Positions 63,867 to 64,000 of a stretch of DNA of 64,000 bases are shown here, in pieces. A program made the translations under genes and the position numbers. The stretch is from positions 64,001 through 128,000 of the IMG/VR virus record IMGVR_UViG_3300028783_000001, one strand, 5' to 3'. This DNA comes from a virus. The notes below the pieces were generated by a model that saw only the letters and a list, made by a program, of their open reading frames with translations, did not search any database and was not told where the DNA came from. The stretch's first letter is position 1. Every line of letters starts with the position of its first letter.

Positions 63867-64000
63867 GCGGATTGCCCTTCTGACTAGGAATGCTACACGG
63901 GAAGGCCAGTAGCCAAGGCTAACTGGTATTTGTCCATCTTGATCCATTCAAGTGGAAGCTTAATGCGATGACCCTTTTGATTGTACAAGTGTATTATGAA

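Noticed and set aside
1-64000. tRNA or rRNA genes
   Set aside because: No cloverleaf or rRNA-like sequence was seen and spacers are short; tRNAscan was not run.
1-64000. Stop-codon reassignment
   Set aside because: TAA, TAG and TGA all end well-formed genes, and coding density is high under the standard code.

Overview
This 64 kb window is part of a large contractile-tailed (myovirus-type, probably jumbo) phage genome. A GcrA-like gene suggests an alphaproteobacterial host (inference). Positions 1-13.1 kb (+ strand) are a dense accessory block: a GcrA-like regulator, a PyrE-like PRTase, RtcB, a TPR-GT41 (OGT/SPINDLY-type) glycosyltransferase, three orphan antitoxin-like proteins and many small membrane proteins. 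A bidirectional terminator closes this block. Positions 13.1-64 kb (- strand) are a morphogenesis block: a GT-A glycosyltransferase, tail terminator, sheath, two tubes, hub chaperone, two tape-measure-like proteins with muralytic domains, a T4-like baseplate set, tail fibres, an amidase, and about 18 kb of duplicated, nearly uncharged Ser/Thr-rich repeat proteins. The best-supported unusual structure is at the start of the sheath gene. A complete ORF-less group I intron (59538-59807) follows codon 9. Upstream lies an HNH endonuclease gene bracketed by two copies of the sheath 5' end (RBS + MTFRVSPGV), and both copies can pair with the same internal guide sequence. Other observations: an HNH intein inserted directly after the putative catalytic His of a papain-like peptidase, a recurring ACCAATTT late-promoter candidate, a probable +1 frameshift at the hub chaperone, and an apparent ATC start codon. 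All family assignments come from motif recognition by eye; no database search was run.
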